DNA of 64,000 nucleotides from Escherichia coli (GTDB lineage Bacteria; Pseudomonadota; Gammaproteobacteria; Enterobacterales; Enterobacteriaceae): NCBI RefSeq assembly GCF_965641715.1, contig NZ_OZ282453.1; one strand, 5' to 3'. Shown piece by piece: positions 60,815 to 64,000 of this stretch (position 1 is its first letter; each line of letters starts with the position of its first letter). The notes under the pieces were generated by a model. It saw only the letters and a program-made list of their open reading frames with translations, ran no database searches and was not told where the DNA came from. The position numbers and the translations under genes were made by a program.

Positions 60815-62020
60815 TTAGCGTAAGTTAACCAGCGTGTTGAGGATCTGGTCCTGGGTTTTGATGGTCTGGGCGTTAGACTGATAGTTACGCTGGGCAACGA
60901 TCATATTGACCAGTTCTTTACTGAGATCGACGTTGGACGCTTCCAGCGCACCGTTGGTCAGGGTGCCAAAGTTGCCCGTCCCGGCTGTCCCCAACAGCGC
61001 CACGCCAGAAGATTGCGTCGCAGACCAGACGTTGTCGCCTTCGGATGCCAGACCTTCGTTGTTGGCAAAGTTCGCCAGTACAATCTGCCCCAGCAGTTGG
61101 GTTTGTTCGTTGGAATAGTTGCCGACAACCGTACCGTCATCATTGATTTGATAACTCACCAGATCACCCGGTTTGTAGCCATTCTGGGTGGTTGCCACGA
61201 TGTTGTTAGCGCCGGTATTTTGCTGCATAGAATTGAGGAAGCTCAGGCTAAACGTGGCGGGATCTGCGCCGTTAATTGCGCCGGTGGTAATATCCTTTGT
61301 TGGATCTGAGGTCAGAACGCCATTGGCATTAAACACCAGCGTCGTTGCAGGGTTAGCTGTGCCTGTTGGATCACTGCTATCCAGGGTGTAAACATCCCAG
61401 TTGTTATCCCCGGTCTTCACAAAATAAACGCTCATATCATGAGCATTACCCTGACTATCGAAAACAGTCACCGAACCTTTTTTGTTATAGCTATCCGCAT
61501 TGCTGGCATCGAATGCTTTAACAGAGGGAAGCGGATCACTGGAATTCAGGTTGATCTGCATCGACGCCGTGGTGGTAGTTTTCGCTGCCATCAGGGTATT
61601 CGGGATCGAAATATTGGTCGGATTCGCCCCTTGCTGAATAGTCGGCGGCGTACCGGTTGCCGGGTAACCCGTCAGCTGTAAACCTTGCATATTCACCAGG
61701 TTACGGTTTTCATCCAGCTTAAATTGTCCGTTACGGCTGTAGAACACCGAACCGTTGCTGTCTACCAGACGGAAAAAACCGTTCTGGCTGATAGCAACGT
61801 CCAGACCTCGCCCGGTGTTGGTGGTCGTGCCATCGGTAAAGTCCTGGGTGATACCGGCAACTTTTACCCCCAGTCCCACTTTCGAACCGGCAAACATATC
61901 GGCAAAAGAGGCCGTGCCTGATTTAAAGCCGTAGGTGGCGGAGTTGGCGATATTGTTGCCAATAACATCGAGGTTGGTGGCGGCAGCGTTTAATCCGCTA
62001 ACCGCTTGAGAAAAGGCCAT
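60815..62020 (-). CDS. flgE: Flagellar hook protein FlgE
   Basis: 401-aa translation recognised. Confidence 0.95.
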   Translation of the reverse strand: MAFSQAVSGLNAAATNLDVIGNNIANSATYGFKSGTASFADMFAGSKVGLGVKVAGITQDFTDGTTTNTGRGLDVAISQNGFFRLVDSNGSVFYSRNGQFKLDENRNLVNMQGLQLTGYPATGTPPTIQQGANPTNISIPNTLMAAKTTTTASMQINLNSSDPLPSVKAFDASNADSYNKKGSVTVFDSQGNAHDMSVYFVKTGDNNWDVYTLDSSDPTGTANPATTLVFNANGVLTSDPTKDITTGAINGADPATFSLSFLNSMQQNTGANNIVATTQNGYKPGDLVSYQINDDGTVVGNYSNEQTQLLGQIVLANFANNEGLASEGDNVWSATQSSGVALLGTAGTGNFGTLTNGALEASNVDLSKELVNMIVAQRNYQSNAQTIKTQDQILNTLVNLR

Positions 62021-62044
62021 GACTGACTCCTGAAATGTGAAGGC

Positions 62045-62740
62045 TTAAATTATCTGCCGTACTTCGTCGAGGGTGGTGGTGCCGTAAGTGCCGAGATCCA
62101 GCGTATTACCGTTGTTGCCGCGGATCACACCCTGCACCAGAGCAAACTGCAGCGGCTGGGCAACCAGTTGTGTACCACCGTTACTGGCGCTAATCGCTAC
62201 GTTGTAAGAACCGTTCGGCGCAGTGCTGCCGTCAGTCAACGTACCGTCCCAGGTGAAACTGTGGACTCCGGCAGTCAGTTCACCGATATCAATGGTACGG
62301 ACAACTGCACCGTTTTTATCGGTGATGGTGGCCGTCACTTTGTCTGCCGCCTGTTGCAGCTCAACACCAAACGGCGTGGTCGTGGTCACAGCCCCTTCAT
62401 CACTGCCGGTTCCCGCAAGAACAGTGGTGCCGGGGATCATCACGCCGTGACCGATCAGGTTACTGGCCTGTAACGACTGGCTGTTATCAATCTGTCCGGA
62501 AATAGATCCGAGCGTGGTATTGAGTTTTTCAATCCCGCTTACCGTGCTGATTTGAGCCAATTGCGACGTCAGCTCGTTGTTTTCCATTGGATTGGTCGGG
62601 TCCTGGTTTTTCAGCTGCGCCACCAACAAAGTCAGAAAACTGCTTTGTAAATCTGCGGCGTTGCTGCCCGTGAGCGAACTACTACTGGTGGTGCTGACGC
62701 CGGTATTTGTCGGATCGGTGGTGGTTACCGCAATGGACAT
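62045..62740 (-). CDS. flgD: Flagellar hook capping/assembly protein FlgD
   Basis: 231-aa translation recognised. Confidence 0.95.
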   Translation of the reverse strand: MSIAVTTTDPTNTGVSTTSSSSLTGSNAADLQSSFLTLLVAQLKNQDPTNPMENNELTSQLAQISTVSGIEKLNTTLGSISGQIDNSQSLQASNLIGHGVMIPGTTVLAGTGSDEGAVTTTTPFGVELQQAADKVTATITDKNGAVVRTIDIGELTAGVHSFTWDGTLTDGSTAPNGSYNVAISASNGGTQLVAQPLQFALVQGVIRGNNGNTLDLGTYGTTTLDEVRQII

Positions 62741-62751
62741 AGCTTTCTCCT

Positions 62752-63156
62752 TTATTGACCGAGCGTAAGGGTTTTCAGCATCATGCTTTTCACCGTGTTG
62801 AGCACTTCAACATTGGCCTGATAGCTGCGTGACGCCGACATGGTGTTAACCATCTCCCCGACGACATCAACGTTTGGCATTTTCACGTAGCCCTTTGCAT
62901 CCGCCAGCGGATTACCCGGTTCATAAACCAGTTTGTCCGGGGCCTGACTTTCTATAACATCGGCCACCTTTACGCCGCCTGTCGCAGCACCTGGCGCAGC
63001 GTTAACCTGAAATACCACCTGTTTTGCCCGATATGGCTGTCCATCGGGACCGGTCAAGCTATCAGCATTCGCCAGATTACTGGCCGCCACGTTCAGGCGC
63101 TGGGACTGGGCAGTTAACGCCGAACCGGCGATATCAAAAATATTCAGCAGTGCCAT
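62752..63156 (-). CDS. flgC: Flagellar rod protein FlgC
   Basis: 134-aa translation recognised. Confidence 0.95.
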   Translation of the reverse strand: MALLNIFDIAGSALTAQSQRLNVAASNLANADSLTGPDGQPYRAKQVVFQVNAAPGAATGGVKVADVIESQAPDKLVYEPGNPLADAKGYVKMPNVDVVGEMVNTMSASRSYQANVEVLNTVKSMMLKTLTLGQ

Positions 63157-63159
63157 CCG

Positions 63160-63576
63160 TTAATTTCCGCTCTGTAAAACGTTCATCATGCCTTTGATTT
63201 GCCCGCTCAACGCGCTAAGGCTCATCTGGTATTGCAGGCTGTTATCGGCAAACTGGGTGCGTTCGCGATCCATATCGACGGTATTACCGTCAAGCGAAGG
63301 CTGGTCCGGAATACGGTATTGCAGTTCTGCGGTAGGAGGCGTCAGCGCCTGCGCCGGAATGTGTTGCGTTGAGGTCATCGTCAGTGCAACCACACTTGTT
63401 GCATCCCGTCCACGTTGCATGACTTTTTTAAGTTCACTGGCAAAATCGATATCGCGAGCCTGATAACCAGGGGTATCGGCATTGGCGATGTTTGCTGCCA
63501 GCACTTCCTGACGCTGGGCGCGCAGATTGAGCGCCTCTTGTTGAAAACGTAAGGCGGCGTCGAGCTTATCGAGCAT
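63160..63576 (-). CDS. flgB: Flagellar rod protein FlgB
   Basis: 138-aa translation recognised. Confidence 0.95.
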
Positions 63577-63731
63577 ATCTCCTCCGCAGGTATCAAAATT
63601 CTGCCATCAGCTTAAATGCCTTTACGCGCGCGTTATCGGCGGAATAAACGCAAAATGGGTCGCTATTTATGCCGTTGATGGTCATTGCGGACAGGTACAA
63701 TTCACGTTGTAGAAATGGCTGGGGGGCGAAA
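63577..63731. promoter_or_regulatory. Divergent flgA / flgB class 2 flagellar promoter region
   Basis: 155-bp spacer between divergent flgB and flgA starts; FlhDC dependence is established knowledge, the binding site was not mapped here. Confidence 0.5.
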
Positions 63732-64000
63732 ATGCTGGCAATAAAACGTCGCGTGGCGATCATCGCGATACTGTTCAGTCCGTTAAGTGCGGCGAGCAAT
63801 CTCACATCGCAATTGCACACCTTTTTTAGCGCCCAGCTCGCGGGGGTAAGTGATGAGGTTCGTGTTTCTATTCGTACAGCGCCCAATCTACTACCGCCGT
63901 GCGAGCAGCCATTGCTTTCGATGAGCAATAATTCCCGCCTGTGGGGCAATGTGAATGTGTTGGCTCGCTGCGGTAACGACAAACGATATTTACAAGTTAA
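63732..64000 (+). CDS. flgA: Flagellar P-ring assembly chaperone FlgA (5' part; truncated by window end)
   Basis: Plus-strand translation from ATG gives MLAIKRRVAIIAILFSPLSAASNLTSQLH..., recognised as FlgA; absent from the ORF track because no stop lies within the window. Confidence 0.85.
   Translation, partial: MLAIKRRVAIIAILFSPLSAASNLTSQLHTFFSAQLAGVSDEVRVSIRTAPNLLPPCEQPLLSMSNNSRLWGNVNVLARCGNDKRYLQV

Noticed and set aside
63593-63982. 129-aa minus-strand ORF at the right edge
   Set aside because: Antisense to flgA, whose N-terminus reads cleanly on the plus strand from 63732; it would also place a gene inside the divergent flgA/flgB promoter region.

Overview
Escherichia coli chromosome in inverted orientation relative to the K-12 map, with two parts. 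(1) Positions 1 to ~12,270 are the right arm of a lambdoid prophage that continues past the left edge of the window: small early/nin-like genes, an O-like replication initiator with internal phased iterons, an immunity module (YdaT-like, Cro/YdaS-like, divergent CI-like S24 repressor), a block of small accessory genes on both strands, a RecE-like 823-aa exonuclease, excisionase, a lambda-type tyrosine integrase, and a two-gene secreted/membrane cargo pair between int and the chromosome junction. The junction sits at the 3' end of potB, immediately upstream of an intact potC. (2) Positions ~12,290 to 64,000 are conserved core genome: potCD, cobB, nagK, lolEDC, ycfT, mfd, ldtC, bhsA, comR, ycfJ, ndh, ycfP, nagZ, thiK, lpoB, ycfL, hinT, fhuE, ptsG, ycfH, holB, tmk, mltG, pabC, fabF-acpP-fabG-fabD-fabH-plsX-rpmF-yceD, yceF, rluC, rne, and the flagellar flgL to flgB operon with the start of flgA. 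The candidates for anything novel are all in the prophage: the accessory block between the repressor and the exonuclease (including a GC-rich, hairpin-dense segment), and the int-proximal cargo pair. No CRISPR array, tRNA, IS element or reverse transcriptase was seen. All calls rest on reading the ORF translations and the DNA; no database search was run, and start codons were refined by eye from RBS context and remembered lengths of the K-12 proteins.
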